A stretch of 64,000 nt of DNA from Escherichia coli (GCF_050320075.1 NZ_CP190018.1); one strand, 5' to 3'; shown: positions 51,550-62,938, counted from the first letter of the stretch. Made by a program: numbers and translations. The notes: generated by a model not told the origin, from the letters alone.

Positions 51550-53182
51550 CCTACTGATAGCGATGATAATCGTTGCGCTAATCTGGCCTGCAACCGCGCT
51601 CAGAGCGGCAGTGAGCAAAACCACCTGGGCGGATGCTCCGGCACGCGAGTTTGTGTTTGTCGAAAACAACTCAGACGACAACTTTTTCGTCACTCCTGGC
51701 GGGGCGCTGGATCCGCGCCTGACCGGTGCCAACCGCTGGACCGGTTTAAAATACAATGGTTCAGGAACCATCTATCAGCAAAGCCTCGGCTACATTGATA
51801 ACGGTTACAACACCGGCCTTTATACCAACTGGAAGTTTGATATGTGGCTGGAAAATTCACCAGTTTCATCTCCTTTAACTGGCTTGCGCTGCATCAACTG
51901 GTACGCTGGGTGTAATATGACCACCAGTCTTATCCTGCCGCAAACCACCGACGCCAGTGGATTTTATGGCGCGACGGTGACCAGCGGCGGCGCGAAGTGG
52001 ATGCACGGCATGTTGTCAGACGCGTTTTACCAGTATCTGCAACAAATGCCCGTCGGCAGCAGCTTTACAATGACCATCAATGCCTGCCAGACCTCTGTGA
52101 ACTATGACGCCAGCAGCGGCGCACGCTGTAAGGATCAGGCCTCCGGCAACTGGTATGTTCGCAACGTCACCCATACGAAAGCAGCAAATCTACGGTTGAT
52201 AAATACCCACTCGCTGGCGGAGGTGTTTATCAACAGCGACGGAGTACCGACTCTGGGCGAAGGGAACGCCGACTGCCGGACGCAAACCATCGGCAGCCGT
52301 TCAGGATTAAGTTGTAAGATGGTTAACTATACCCTGCAAACAAACGGACTCAGCAACACCTCAATCCATATATTCCCGGCGATCGCCAACTCGTCGTTAG
52401 CCTCGGCCGTCGGGGCGTACGATATGCAGTTCAGTCTGAATGGCAGTTCATGGAAACCGGTGAGCAATACTGCCTATTACTACACCTTCAACGAGATGAA
52501 GAGCGCAGACTCGATCTATGTTTTCTTCTCGAGCAACTTCTTTAAGCAGATGGTGAACCTCGGGATCAGCGATATCAACACCAAAGATCTATTCAACTTT
52601 CGCTTTCAGAACACCACATCACCGGAGTCTGGCTGGTATGAATTTTCTACCTCCAACACGCTGATTATCAAACCCCGTGATTTCAGCATCAGTATTATCT
52701 CCGATGAATATACTCAGACACCGTCGCGGGAGGGATATGTTGGCAGCGGCGAGTCGGCACTCGATTTCGGCTATATCGTAACCACCAGCGGTAAAACAGC
52801 TGCCGACGAAGTGCTGATCAAGGTGACCGGACCCGCGCAGGTGATTGGCGGGCGCTCCTATTGTGTCTTCAGCTCCGATGATGGTAAGGCGAAAGTACCG
52901 TTCCCGGCGACGCTTTCCTTTATTACCCGCAGCGGAGCTACAAAAACCTACGATGCCGGGTGCGATGATAGCTGGCGGGATATGACCGATGCGCTGTGGC
53001 TGACCACACCGTGGACTGATATCTCTGGCGAAGTGGGGCAGATGGATAAGACCACAGTCAAATTTTCGATTCCAATGGATAACGCCATTTCGCTGCGTAC
53101 GGTAGATGATAACGGCTGGTTTGGCGAAGTCAGCGCTTCAGGAGAGATTCATGTTCAGGCGACGTGGCGTAACATTAACTAA
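51539..53182 (+). CDS. ecpD: EcpD tip adhesin/polymerised minor subunit, 547 aa
   Basis: Signal peptide [23 protein letters not shown]. Overlaps ecpC by 11 nt. Confidence 0.9.
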   Translation: MRVNLLIAMIIVALIWPATALRAAVSKTTWADAPAREFVFVENNSDDNFFVTPGGALDPRLTGANRWTGLKYNGSGTIYQQSLGYIDNGYNTGLYTNWKFDMWLENSPVSSPLTGLRCINWYAGCNMTTSLILPQTTDASGFYGATVTSGGAKWMHGMLSDAFYQYLQQMPVGSSFTMTINACQTSVNYDASSGARCKDQASGNWYVRNVTHTKAANLRLINTHSLAEVFINSDGVPTLGEGNADCRTQTIGSRSGLSCKMVNYTLQTNGLSNTSIHIFPAIANSSLASAVGAYDMQFSLNGSSWKPVSNTAYYYTFNEMKSADSIYVFFSSNFFKQMVNLGISDINTKDLFNFRFQNTTSPESGWYEFSTSNTLIIKPRDFSISIISDEYTQTPSREGYVGSGESALDFGYIVTTSGKTAADEVLIKVTGPAQVIGGRSYCVFSSDDGKAKVPFPATLSFITRSGATKTYDAGCDDSWRDMTDALWLTTPWTDISGEVGQMDKTTVKFSIPMDNAISLRTVDDNGWFGEVSASGEIHVQATWRNIN

Positions 53183-53861
53183 GGCCCTGCTGACAGTGGT
53201 CTGTATGCTGGCGGCACCTTTGACACAGGCGATTTCGGTCGGCAATCTGACTTTTTCACTGCCGTCCGAGACTGACTTTGTCAGCAAACGTGTAGTGAAT
53301 AACAACAAAAGCGCACGGATATACCGTATTGCCATCAGTGCTATTGATAGCCCGGGCAGCAGTGAATTGCGCACCCGACCGGTGGATGGTGAACTGCTTT
53401 TCGCCCCCCGCCAGCTGGCGTTGCAGGCTGGTGAGAGCGAGTATTTTAAATTTTACTATCATGGTCCACGGGATAACCGCGAGCGCTACTACCGGGTCTC
53501 ATTTCGCGAGGTCCCCACTCGTAACCTGACAAAACGCAGCCCTACCGGCGGTGAGGTCAGCACGGAGCCGGTGGTGGTGATGGATACCATTCTGGTAGTA
53601 CGACCACGTCAGGTTCAGTTTAAATGGTCCTTCGACCAGGTGACAGGAACGGTAAGTAACACTGGCAACACATGGTTTAAGCTACTGATTAAGCCAGGAT
53701 GTGATTCGACCGAAGAGGAAGGCGATGCCTGGTATCTACGTCCGGGAGAGGTGGTTCATCAGCCTGAGTTACGTCAGCCGGGGAATCATTATCTGGTCTA
53801 TAACGACAAATTCATTAAGATTAGCGATTCCTGTCCGGCTAAGCCCCCTTCGGCGGACTAA
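53151..53861 (+). CDS. ecpE: EcpE chaperone, 236 aa
   Basis: Start at [27 protein letters not shown]. Paralogous to EcpB (shared ERYYR motif). Overlaps ecpD by 32 nt. Confidence 0.9.
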   Translation: MFRRRGVTLTKALLTVVCMLAAPLTQAISVGNLTFSLPSETDFVSKRVVNNNKSARIYRIAISAIDSPGSSELRTRPVDGELLFAPRQLALQAGESEYFKFYYHGPRDNRERYYRVSFREVPTRNLTKRSPTGGEVSTEPVVVMDTILVVRPRQVQFKWSFDQVTGTVSNTGNTWFKLLIKPGCDSTEEEGDAWYLRPGEVVHQPELRQPGNHYLVYNDKFIKISDSCPAKPPSAD

Positions 53862-54108
53862 GACTTATCCATCGGTCAAGGGAAGAACTCCACCTCAGAG
53901 ACTCAAAAATCGTTTAAATAATGTGGAAGCGATCGTCAATGTCACCTGTAACGATGGGCTTTCTCATATGTACACCATAGTGTTCAGGAGACGCGGAAAG
54001 GTACCAGGCAGCCTGCTAACGAGTGGTTTATTCACGAATTAGTACGTAAAATCGGTAACGGCTGGAAATCATTCAATACTCACACTATCGAAAGTTCCCC
54101 AGCCAACC

Positions 54109-54150
54109 GCGGTACGTTCTTACATACGATGTACCGCTGTTCTCTTTACG
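54109..54150 (+). terminator. Possible distal terminator of the ecp operon
   Basis: A 7-bp stem GCGGTAC/GTACCGC with a 15-nt loop and tail TGTTCTCTTT. Confidence 0.3.
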
Positions 54151-54173
54151 ATTTATAGCTGTACTGGTGAATT

Positions 54174-54503
54174 ATGAGCAATCTGAATCCATGCATGACG
54201 TGTGGTGCCTGTTGTGCATTTTTCCGCGTCTCTTTTTACTGGGCCGAAGCCGACGATGCTGGCGGTACCATTCCCGCCAGGCTCACTGAACAAATATCCC
54301 CTTTTCACCGATGCATGAGCGGTACCAATCAGAAAAACCCCCGATGTATTGCCCTTGCAGGAACACCGGGCAAAAATGCCTGCTGCACGATATATAAAAA
54401 TCGATCGTCCACGTGCAGAGAATTCGCCATGTCTGGTGAGAACGGAGTCGTCAATGAGGCTTGCAATCGTGCAAGAGCTAAATACGGGCTGACACCGTTA
54501 TAA
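54174..54503 (+). CDS. ykgJ: YkgJ-family Cys-rich (CxxCxxCC) putative Zn/Fe-binding protein, 109 aa
   Basis: [13 protein letters not shown] motif. Synteny. Confidence 0.85.
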
Positions 54504-54525
54504 ATATGCAATAATTAATTGCACT

Positions 54526-54559
54526 GCCCCGCCAGCTATAATCGCGGGGCTTCGTTTTT
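54526..54559 (+). terminator. ykgJ rho-independent terminator
   Basis: GCCCCGC...GCGGGGC stem followed by TTCGTTTTT. Confidence 0.65.
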
Positions 54560-54710
54560 CAGGGATAACAAAACCCGAAACTTCTTCCATCTGCCAGCAA
54601 CAATGCCTCTTCCTCTATAGTGTTCTCCGGATCTACAGCATCCTGAAGTAGCGCGATGTACTCACGGGCTATCTGCTTCAGAAAGTAAAAAGCAATGTTT
54701 TTAACCTATA

Positions 54711-54737
54711 AAAATGGCGCTGCATTTGCGCCATTTT
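54711..54737 (-). terminator. yagU terminator (symmetric A/T-flanked hairpin)
   Basis: A 10-bp stem AAAATGGCGC/GCGCCATTTT with a 7-nt loop, starting 15 nt past the yagU stop. Confidence 0.6.
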
Positions 54738-54751
54738 TATTATTCAATGCA

Positions 54752-55366
54752 TTATCTGTTTGAGCCTAAAGGGATCTCAGGGTCTGGCTCATGAGTAATT
54801 CTGTTTCGTAAATCTCTGCGAATAATTTCAATGGACCAGAACCAGACTAAATGTCCAAAAATTTCAGAAACATTCTCATACCACGGGAGATCAAACAGAG
54901 GTGGCGTCAGTCCCATGAGAGGGAATGAAATCATATGAACAAAAAGTTGGGCTAAAGCACCTGCCAGTAAGCCCTGCCAGAGTTTAATTTTTGGAAATAC
55001 TTCAGCGACCACACAATAACCGACAGCAAACACTATCGAAAAGATAATGTGCGTAACACCAACCCAGTTAAAGACATGCCCGGCAAAGGTATAAACAGCC
55101 GCATTGGGATCTGTCAGCCCCAACCAGTCTCGAAGAAAAATATACGGAGGATTGAGAAAATTACGGGAGCAATCAATTTGCCCAGCAGCCCTGATTAATG
55201 ATTCCGGGCCACACGCTGCATTAAACATATCCACCGGGCTACGTGGCGGCAATGGAACTTCAGCCCCCCACTTCACAAATGCGGAAACAACGCCAGCAAT
55301 CAGCCCAATGAATGCAGCAAGACCATAACGTCTGCGGTTCGGTGGAGTTTGTTCAAATATATTCAT
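54752..55366 (-). CDS. yagU: Inner-membrane protein YagU (DUF1440), 204 aa
   Basis: Hydrophobic ORF. Sequence and synteny recognised. Confidence 0.9.
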
Positions 55367-55771
55367 ATCTACCCTGCTTGTACCATTATGTTATACACCT
55401 CTTCAGGAGTATTCATAAAATAAGACAAATGTAAAGAACTGTATTGTTTTGTATAATGCAATGGTGACTAATCGCCAATGAATATAAGCACCATCATTTC
55501 TCCCTATTTTTATATTAAAAGTGACAACGATTTACAGGGTGATGCTGAGCTGACAATCACAGGTTTCCTTATCGGTTTTTGCATCGCACAACTAAAGCAA
55601 TAAACTAGCTCCCGTCATCGGCGAATATGAATTAATTAGCCGGGCTCATAGCTGCATTCGCGTTTTAAGAATAATCCTCCTGCTCTCACCGACTATGCTT
55701 AACGTTTAAAAAAGCATCAGCACTCTCGCAACGCACTCTTATTTTCCCCTTTAGAATACCGGAGGCCTGGT

Positions 55772-56461
55772 ATGAGCAACCAAGGCGAATACCCCGAAGA
55801 TAATCGGGTTGGGAAGCACGAGCCGCACGATTTTAGTTTGACCCGTCGCGATCTGATTAAAGTCAGCGCCGCAACGGCGGCGACCGCCGTGGTTTATCCT
55901 CATTCTACGCTTGCGGCAAGCGTTCCGGCAGCTACACCCGCGCCAGAGATAATGCCCCTGACACTTAAGGTGAACGGCAAAACCGAGCAGTTGGACGTTG
56001 ATACCCGAACCACGCTACTGGACGCTTTGCGTGAAAATCTGCATCTGATCGGTACCAAGAAAGGTTGCGATCACGGACAGTGCGGAGCCTGTACCGTGCT
56101 GGTCAATGGTCGAAGGCTTAATGCCTGCCTGACGCTTGCAGTCATGCATCAGGGGGCCGAGATCACCACCATTGAAGGCCTGGGTTCACCAGAGAATCTT
56201 CACCCCATGCAGGCGGCCTTTATCAAGCATGATGGCTTCCAGTGCGGCTACTGCACCTCCGGGCAAATTTGCTCATCAGTAGCGGTGCTAAAAGAGATTC
56301 AGGACGGCATTCCCAGTCACGTCACGGTCGATTTGGTTTCCCCTCCAGAAAGAACGGCCGATGAGATCCGTGAACGTATGAGCGGCAACATCTGTCGCTG
56401 TGGTGCATACGCTAACATCCTTGCCGCCATTGAAGACGCTGCGGGGGAGATAAAATCATGA
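55772..56461 (+). CDS. paoA: Periplasmic aldehyde oxidoreductase 2Fe-2S subunit with Tat signal, 229 aa
   Basis: Tat motif LTRRDLIK. Cluster motifs [11 protein letters not shown] and CGYCTSGQ. Confidence 0.95.
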   Translation: MSNQGEYPEDNRVGKHEPHDFSLTRRDLIKVSAATAATAVVYPHSTLAASVPAATPAPEIMPLTLKVNGKTEQLDVDTRTTLLDALRENLHLIGTKKGCDHGQCGACTVLVNGRRLNACLTLAVMHQGAEITTIEGLGSPENLHPMQAAFIKHDGFQCGYCTSGQICSSVAVLKEIQDGIPSHVTVDLVSPPERTADEIRERMSGNICRCGAYANILAAIEDAAGEIKS

Positions 56462-59205
56462 AGGCGTTTACCTATGAACGTGTGAACACCCCGGCCGAGG
56501 CGGCACTTAGCGCTCAGCGCGTACCTGGCGCAAAATTTATCGCTGGCGGGACCAATCTGCTGGACCTGATGAAGCTGGAAATTGAAACGCCAACCCACCT
56601 TATCGATGTGAACGGGCTCGGGCTCGATAAGATTGAAGTGACCGACGCGGGTGGGCTGCGCATCGGCGCACTGGTACGGAACACCGACCTGGCGGCTCAC
56701 GAGCGCGTGCGTCGTGATTACGCGGTACTCTCCCGCGCCCTGCTCGCTGGCGCGTCTGGTCAGTTACGCAATCAGGCAACCACCGCAGGTAATCTGCTCC
56801 AGCGCACGCGCTGCCCCTATTTTTACGACACCAATCAGCCCTGCAATAAGCGCCTGCCCGGGAGCGGCTGCGCGGCACTTGAAGGCTTTAGCCGTCAGCA
56901 CGCGGTGGTAGGCGTAAGCGAAGCCTGCATTGCCACCCATCCGAGCGATATGGCGGTCGCAATGCGGTTGCTGGATGCGGTGGTGGAAACCATCACGCCG
57001 GAGGGAAAGACTCGCAGTATCACACTGGCTGATTTTTATCACCCTCCGGGAAAAACGCCGCACATTGAAACCGCCCTGCTTCCCGGTGAGCTTATCGTTG
57101 CGGTGACGTTACCTCCGCCGCTCGGCGGAAAACATATCTACCGCAAGGTGCGCGATCGCGCCTCCTACGCCTTTGCCCTGGTATCGGTCGCGGCGATTAT
57201 TCAGCCTGACGGCAGCGGGCGCGTCGCGCTGGGCGTACTGGCTGTCATTACCGCCAGTAACGCCGGGGCACTCGGCAAAGGCGACAAAAACACCGCCAGG
57301 CTGTTAGGCGGCCCCACTATTGAACACTATCATCAGGCCATTGCGCTGGTAGTGGCCGAGACCTTCGAACAGGCGCGAGCGGCGGCCTCGCTGGTGCAGG
57401 CGCACTATCGCCGTAATAAAGGAGCTTACTCCCTGGCGGACGAGAAACAGGCCGTCAGTCAGCCGCCGGAAGACACGCCCGATAAAAATGTTGGTGACTT
57501 TGACGGGGCTTTCACCTCCGCTGCGGTGAAGATTGATGCTACCTACACGACCCCGGACCAGAGCCATATGGCGATGGAGCCGCATGCCTCGATGGCCGTC
57601 TGGGATGGAAATAAGCTTACCCTCTGGACCTCAAATCAGATGATTGACTGGTGCCGCACCGATCTGGCAAAAACGCTGAAAGTGCCCGTGGAGAATGTGC
57701 GTATTATCTCCCCGTATATCGGCGGAGGGTTTGGCGGCAAGCTGTTCCTGAGAAGCGATGCGCTGCTGGCGGCCCTCGCCGCCCGTGCGGTGAAACGTCC
57801 GGTTAAAGTGATGCTCCCCCGCCCCACTATTCCCAATAACACCACGCACCGCCCCGCCACCCTTCAGCACTTGCGTATCGGTACTGACCAGAGCGGGAAA
57901 ATCACCGCTATCTCACATGAAAGCTGGTCCGGAAACCTGCCCGGCGGCACGCCGGAAACGGCGGTACAGCAAAGCGAATTTCTTTACGCAGGGGCGAATC
58001 GTCATACCGGCCTGCGGCTCGCCATGCTTGATTTGCCGGAAGGGAACGCCATGCGTGCGCCCGGCGAAGCCCCCGGTCTGATGGCGCTCGAAATCGCGAT
58101 CGATGAACTGGCGGAAAAAGCGGGCATCGATCCCGTCGAGTTTCGCATCCTGAATGACACTCAGGTTGACCCCGCCGATCCGACGCGCCGCTTCTCTCGC
58201 CGTCAGCTTATCGAGTGCTTGCGCACCGGAGCGGATAAATTTGGCTGGAAGCAGCGCAACGCCACACCCGGACAGGTACGCGACGGGGAGTGGCTAGTCG
58301 GCCACGGTGTTGCGGCGGGCTTTCGCAATAATCTGCTGGAAAAATCGGGTGCGTGGGTTCACCTGGAGCAAAACGGCACCGTTACCGTGGAAACGGACAT
58401 GACCGATATTGGCACTGGCAGCTACACCATTCTGGCCCAGACGGCAGCGGAAATGCTTGGCGTACCGCTGGAGCAGGTTGCGGTTCACCTCGGCGATTCC
58501 AGTTTCCCGGTTTCTGCGGGGTCTGGTGGACAATGGGGCGCGAATACCTCCACCTCCGGCGTTTACGCCGCCTGTGTGAAGCTTCGCGAAATGATTGCCT
58601 CGGCAGTCGGGTTTGATCCTGAGCAGTCGCAGTTTGCCGACGGCAAGATTACCAACGGTACCCGAAGCGCCACGCTACATGAGGCCACCGCAGGCGGCAG
58701 ACTGACAGCGGAAGAGAGCATTGAATTCGGAATACTGAGCAAGGAGTACCAGCAATCGACCTTTGCCGGGCATTTTGTGGAGGTCGGCGTGCATAGCGCG
58801 ACGGGAGAAGTTCGGGTCCGGCGTATGCTCGCCGTGTGCGCAGCGGGGCGCATTCTGAATCCGAAAACTGCACGCAGCCAGGTCATTGGCGCGATGACTA
58901 TGGGCATGGGCGCGGCACTGATGGAGGAGCTGGCGGTAGATGACCGTTTGGGCTACTTCGTTAATCACGATATGGCGGGGTATGAAGTGCCGGTTCATGC
59001 GGATATCCCAAAACAGGAGGTGATTTTCCTGGATGATACCGACCCCATCTCCTCCCCGATGAAGGCCAAAGGTGTCGGTGAGCTGGGCCTGTGCGGCGTG
59101 AGCGCGGCTATCGCCAACGCGGTGTATAACGCCACCGGTATTCGGGTACGGGATTATCCCATCACTCTGGATAAGCTGCTCGATAAGCTGCCGGATGTGG
59201 TTTAA
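56458..59205 (+). CDS. paoB/paoC: Single 915-aa ORF: PaoB (FAD subunit) N-terminal ~259 aa fused in frame to PaoC (molybdopterin subunit) lacking its N-terminus
   Basis: It begins [15 protein letters not shown]...[14 protein letters not shown] (PaoB). It switches at ...[22 protein letters not shown]... (nt ~57232-57237) and ends ...[14 protein letters not shown] (PaoC C-terminus). Confidence 0.8.
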   Translation: MKAFTYERVNTPAEAALSAQRVPGAKFIAGGTNLLDLMKLEIETPTHLIDVNGLGLDKIEVTDAGGLRIGALVRNTDLAAHERVRRDYAVLSRALLAGASGQLRNQATTAGNLLQRTRCPYFYDTNQPCNKRLPGSGCAALEGFSRQHAVVGVSEACIATHPSDMAVAMRLLDAVVETITPEGKTRSITLADFYHPPGKTPHIETALLPGELIVAVTLPPPLGGKHIYRKVRDRASYAFALVSVAAIIQPDGSGRVALGVLAVITASNAGALGKGDKNTARLLGGPTIEHYHQAIALVVAETFEQARAAASLVQAHYRRNKGAYSLADEKQAVSQPPEDTPDKNVGDFDGAFTSAAVKIDATYTTPDQSHMAMEPHASMAVWDGNKLTLWTSNQMIDWCRTDLAKTLKVPVENVRIISPYIGGGFGGKLFLRSDALLAALAARAVKRPVKVMLPRPTIPNNTTHRPATLQHLRIGTDQSGKITAISHESWSGNLPGGTPETAVQQSEFLYAGANRHTGLRLAMLDLPEGNAMRAPGEAPGLMALEIAIDELAEKAGIDPVEFRILNDTQVDPADPTRRFSRRQLIECLRTGADKFGWKQRNATPGQVRDGEWLVGHGVAAGFRNNLLEKSGAWVHLEQNGTVTVETDMTDIGTGSYTILAQTAAEMLGVPLEQVAVHLGDSSFPVSAGSGGQWGANTSTSGVYAACVKLREMIASAVGFDPEQSQFADGKITNGTRSATLHEATAGGRLTAEESIEFGILSKEYQQSTFAGHFVEVGVHSATGEVRVRRMLAVCAAGRILNPKTARSQVIGAMTMGMGAALMEELAVDDRLGYFVNHDMAGYEVPVHADIPKQEVIFLDDTDPISSPMKAKGVGELGLCGVSAAIANAVYNATGIRVRDYPITLDKLLDKLPDVV

Positions 59206-59214
59206 GGAGGAACA

Positions 59215-60168
59215 ATGTCATACTCGCTTTTTGACAAAGACGAGCACTGGCATAAGCCAGAGCAGGCGTTTCTCACCGATGACCACCGGGCCATTCTGCG
59301 CTTCGCCGTAGAGGCGCTAATGTCCAGTAAAGGAGCGGTGCTGGTGACGCTGGTGGAAATACGCGGCGGCGCGGCGCGCCCGCTCGGGGCGCAGATGGTG
59401 GTGCGCGAAGATGGTCATTACTGCGGTTTTGTCTCTGGCGGCTGCGTGGAGGCCGCTGCCGCTTTTGAAGCGCTGGAGATGATGGGCTCAGGCCGCGATC
59501 GCGAAATTCGCTATGGTGAAGGTTCGCCGTGGTTTGACATCGTTCTGCCCTGCGGCGGTGGGATCACGCTGACGCTCCATAAACTACGCTCGGCACAACC
59601 TCTGCTCGCCGTGCTGAACCGCCTGGAACAGAGAAAACCGGCGGGTCTGCGCTACGATCCGCAAGCACAATCGTTGGTGTGCCTGCCCACGCAAACCCGG
59701 ACGGGCTGGAATCTCAATGGCTTTGAGGTGGGGTTCAGACCATGCGTCAGGCTGATGATTTACGGACGTTCTCTTGAGGCGCAGGCAACCGCGAGTCTTG
59801 CAGCAGCCACAGGCTATGACAGCCATATCTTCGATCTTTTTCCGGCCTCAGCCAGCGCTCAGATCGATACCGATACGGCGGTCATTTTGCTGTGCCATGA
59901 TCTCAACCGGGAACTGCCAGTGTTGCAGGCCGCGCGAGAAGCAAAACCCTTTTATCTCGGCGCATTGGGCAGCTATCGAACCCACACTTTACGTCTGCAA
60001 AAGCTCCACGAGCTGGGATGGTCCAGGGAGGAGACAGAGCAAATCCGGGCACCTGTCGGGATATTCCCCAAAGCCCGGGATGCGCATACTCTGGCCCTTT
60101 CCGTACTGGCAGAAGTCGCCGCTGTACGTCTCCGTCAGGAGGATTCATGCCTGCCCCCATCGTCCTGA
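59215..60168 (+). CDS. paoD: XdhC-family molybdenum cofactor insertion chaperone, 317 aa
   Basis: Sequence and synteny recognised. SD GGAGGA upstream. Confidence 0.9.
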   Translation: MSYSLFDKDEHWHKPEQAFLTDDHRAILRFAVEALMSSKGAVLVTLVEIRGGAARPLGAQMVVREDGHYCGFVSGGCVEAAAAFEALEMMGSGRDREIRYGEGSPWFDIVLPCGGGITLTLHKLRSAQPLLAVLNRLEQRKPAGLRYDPQAQSLVCLPTQTRTGWNLNGFEVGFRPCVRLMIYGRSLEAQATASLAAATGYDSHIFDLFPASASAQIDTDTAVILLCHDLNRELPVLQAAREAKPFYLGALGSYRTHTLRLQKLHELGWSREETEQIRAPVGIFPKARDAHTLALSVLAEVAAVRLRQEDSCLPPSS

Positions 60169-60254
60169 TCCTCGCGGCGGGGCGTGGGGAGCGCTTCCTC
60201 ACCTCCGGGGGAAATACCCATAAATTAAGAGAAAAATCTGCAGTAGCCGTTTAA
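60147..60254 (+). pseudogene. Remnant of a MobA/MocA-like nucleotidyltransferase gene (first ~27 codons only)
   Basis: ATG at 60147 follows AGGAGG and overlaps the paoD end. MPAPIVLILAAGRGERFLTSGG carries the LAAGxGxRF NTP-transferase motif. The frame then degenerates and stops at 60254. Confidence 0.5.
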
Positions 60255-60271
60255 GAAAATCACCTAAATCG

Positions 60272-60303
60272 TTTAAAAGAGCGCCCAACCCATAGTGGGC
60301 GCT
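60272..60303 (-). terminator. Terminator of the MFS transporter gene
   Basis: An 8-bp stem AGCGCCCA/TGGGCGCT followed on the minus strand by CTTTTAAA, ~45 nt past the stop. Confidence 0.6.
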
Positions 60304-60346
60304 TATCGCCTTGTGAAACTTATTCAGCAACGCGCGCCTCGCCGGA

Positions 60347-61540
60347 CTAAAGCGCACCGGCCTTCTGGCGTGCGGTAACAAAGGTCAGTACGCCAGCGCA
60401 AAGGAGCAGCACGCTACTCATAGCAAACGTGCTCTGCCAGCCAAGGCGGTCAAACACAATGCCTCCTGCCGTTGATCCAAGGGCGATGGCGAGCTGAATC
60501 ACCGCGACCATGAGCCCGCCTCCAGCTTCGGCGTTGTCAGGCAACGTACGCGCAATCCATGTCCACCATCCGGTTGGCGCGGCGGTGGCCAGCATGCCCC
60601 AGAGTCCTAACAGCAGCGAGACCGTCCAGACGTGATGCCCGGTAAGCATCAGACCGATGGCAATGACGGCCATCAGTCCGGGTATGGCCATCAGCGTGGG
60701 GTAGAATTTTCTGTTGAGAAATGCCGAAACAACCAGCGTGCCAATAAAACCGGCCACGCCGATAATCAGCAAAATCGACGACAAGCCTAAGGAATTAACC
60801 CGTGTCACCGACTCCAGAAACGGGCGCACATAGGTGAATAGCGCAAACTGCCCCATGAAAAACAGGCCACAAGCTATCATGCCGACCACAACCATGCGGC
60901 GGCTAAATAAGCGGAATACCGCGCCACATGAAGTGTGGCTTTTATTCGCATCCATGCTTGGCAGGCTGATGCACTGCCAGATAAAGGCGACAACCGCGAT
61001 GGGCACCAGGCACAAGAAAGCGCCTCGCCATCCGACCGTAGCCCCCAGATAGCTTCCCAGCGGTGCGGCCACGACCGTCGCCAGCGCATTACCGGCGTTG
61101 AAAATTGCCAGCGCACGCGTGACCTGATGCTGCGGCACCAGACGAATCGCCGTTGCCGCTGACATCGACCAGAATCCGCCAATAGCCACACCAATCATCG
61201 CACGACCGACCATATACATCAGATAACTGGAAGCCAGCGCAATAATAAGCCCCGATACGGCCATCAGAACCGTCATCCCCAGCTGCAGGAACTTACGATT
61301 CATCTTTCCAGCTAGCGTTGAAAGCGTCAGGCTGGTCAGAACCGCCAGCGCGCCGGAGATAGCAATCCCCTGCCCTGCCAGCCCCTCCGTCACGCCTAAA
61401 TCGCGGGTAATCGGCGTGAGCAGGCTGACGGGCATAAATTCAGAAGCAATCAGCACAAACACGCACAGGGTCATGGCAAAAATACCGCCCCAGTATGCGC
61501 GCTGATGATGAGGTGATAGTGTTTGGCTTAGTGTCGACAT
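60347..61540 (-). CDS. MFS transporter (397 aa, DHA1/sugar-efflux-like)
   Basis: Twelve-TM-like hydrophobic profile. N-terminus ...GGIFAMTLCVFVLIASEFMPVSLLTPI... is typical of the family. Confidence 0.9.
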   Translation of the reverse strand: MSTLSQTLSPHHQRAYWGGIFAMTLCVFVLIASEFMPVSLLTPITRDLGVTEGLAGQGIAISGALAVLTSLTLSTLAGKMNRKFLQLGMTVLMAVSGLIIALASSYLMYMVGRAMIGVAIGGFWSMSAATAIRLVPQHQVTRALAIFNAGNALATVVAAPLGSYLGATVGWRGAFLCLVPIAVVAFIWQCISLPSMDANKSHTSCGAVFRLFSRRMVVVGMIACGLFFMGQFALFTYVRPFLESVTRVNSLGLSSILLIIGVAGFIGTLVVSAFLNRKFYPTLMAIPGLMAVIAIGLMLTGHHVWTVSLLLGLWGMLATAAPTGWWTWIARTLPDNAEAGGGLMVAVIQLAIALGSTAGGIVFDRLGWQSTFAMSSVLLLCAGVLTFVTARQKAGAL

Positions 61541-61566
61541 AGTGAAATTTCACAAAGATCAGGATA

Positions 61567-61595
61567 AAAGCCACCAGCCTATGGCCGGTGGCTTT
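61567..61595 (-). terminator. Hairpin with U-tract between the hydrolase and MFS genes
   Basis: A 13-bp stem with one mismatch (AAAGCCACCAGCC/GGCCGGTGGCTTT). On the minus strand it is followed by UAUCCU. Confidence 0.5.
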
Positions 61596-61615
61596 GCATC
61601 AATTCAGGAGAGGTT

Positions 61616-62752
61616 TTATTTCAGTTTGGTCTGGAAAAATTGTTCGAACTTCGCGAAAGGTATTTTTCCGGCCACGTTATCGTACAGGTCCACGTGATTT
61701 GCCCCTGGTACCACCACCAACTCTTTGTCTTTACTGCCAACCGCCTTGTAAGCATCTTCAGCAAAATAGCGTGAATGTGCTTTCTCACCGGTCACAATCA
61801 GCGTCGGAATGGTGATTTCACTGGCGTAGCTCAACAGCGGCATATTCATAAATGACAGCGGCATCGTTGCCGTCCACGCCCCGGTAGAGTTAACGGAACG
61901 TTCGTGGAAGCCGCGCGGCATGCGATAGTAGTCAAAGAACTCTTTCAGTACCGGATGAGGATTTGCCGGCAGCGTTTCTGGCAGAATGCGCTCGCCCGCA
62001 CTGACCTTGCCGTTGCTGTCGACATTAATATCATGACCACCGTGAGCGAACGTTCCGCTCTGCGCATCCTTCCAGCGCTGTTCATTCAGATATTGCAGAA
62101 CAGCACGACGGTCGGCGGTAGAATAACGGTCTTTGCCATCCCCCACACCATGGCCCATCGCCCGGCTCATGTCATACATCACGCTGGTAGCTACCGCTTT
62201 AACGCGGGTATCCATCGCCGCGTCGTTCAGCGCCATGCCGCCCCAGCCACAAATACCGAGCAGCCCGATACGGTTGCGATCTACCTCTTTTTGCAGCCCT
62301 AAGAAATCCACTGCCGCGCTGAAATCTTCAGTGTTGATATCCGGTGAGGCGACGTTTCGCGGATAGCCGCCGCTTTCCCCGGTGTAAGAAGGATCGAACG
62401 CCAGGGTAACAAACCCTCGTTCCGCCAGCGTCTGCGCATACAGGCCGCTGGATTGCTCTTTCACCGCGCCAAATGGCCCACTGACCGCAATCGCCGCCAG
62501 CTTGCGATCGCCACGGTCTTTAGGCAGGTAAAGATCGCCCACTAAGGTGATGCCATATCGGTTCGGGAACGAGACTTTACGGTGATCGACTTTCTGGCTC
62601 TCGGCGAACGTTTTATCCCATTTATCTGTCATGGACACAGGGGCATTAGGATTGGTTGAATCAGCATAACTCATTGTCGTGACTCCACTTAATGATGCGA
62701 AAAGCAGCATGGTCGGCATCGCGGTTTTTAGCGTGCGGGTGAAGGCTTTCAT
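61616..62752 (-). CDS. Exported alpha/beta hydrolase with a Cys nucleophile elbow (378 aa), paralogue of 42414-43334
   Basis: Signal peptide MKAFTRTLKTAMPTMLLFASLSGVTTMSYA. Motifs IGLLGICGWGGMA and GANHVDLY. Confidence 0.8.
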   Translation of the reverse strand: MKAFTRTLKTAMPTMLLFASLSGVTTMSYADSTNPNAPVSMTDKWDKTFAESQKVDHRKVSFPNRYGITLVGDLYLPKDRGDRKLAAIAVSGPFGAVKEQSSGLYAQTLAERGFVTLAFDPSYTGESGGYPRNVASPDINTEDFSAAVDFLGLQKEVDRNRIGLLGICGWGGMALNDAAMDTRVKAVATSVMYDMSRAMGHGVGDGKDRYSTADRRAVLQYLNEQRWKDAQSGTFAHGGHDINVDSNGKVSAGERILPETLPANPHPVLKEFFDYYRMPRGFHERSVNSTGAWTATMPLSFMNMPLLSYASEITIPTLIVTGEKAHSRYFAEDAYKAVGSKDKELVVVPGANHVDLYDNVAGKIPFAKFEQFFQTKLK

Positions 62753-62938
62753 AAAAATCCCCATAAAAAACAACAGAGAGATACAGGTTTCCGACGGACA
62801 ACGCTGCGGTGCTTTACTTTGATGGGGTCATTATAGTGAGCAGAATTAGTGCTGATTAGGGGGCGATTAATGCTAAGATTAATACCATATTGTTATAAAT
62901 TAATGTGGAGATTGCCGGCATGAAGGGGGGATGTTTCA

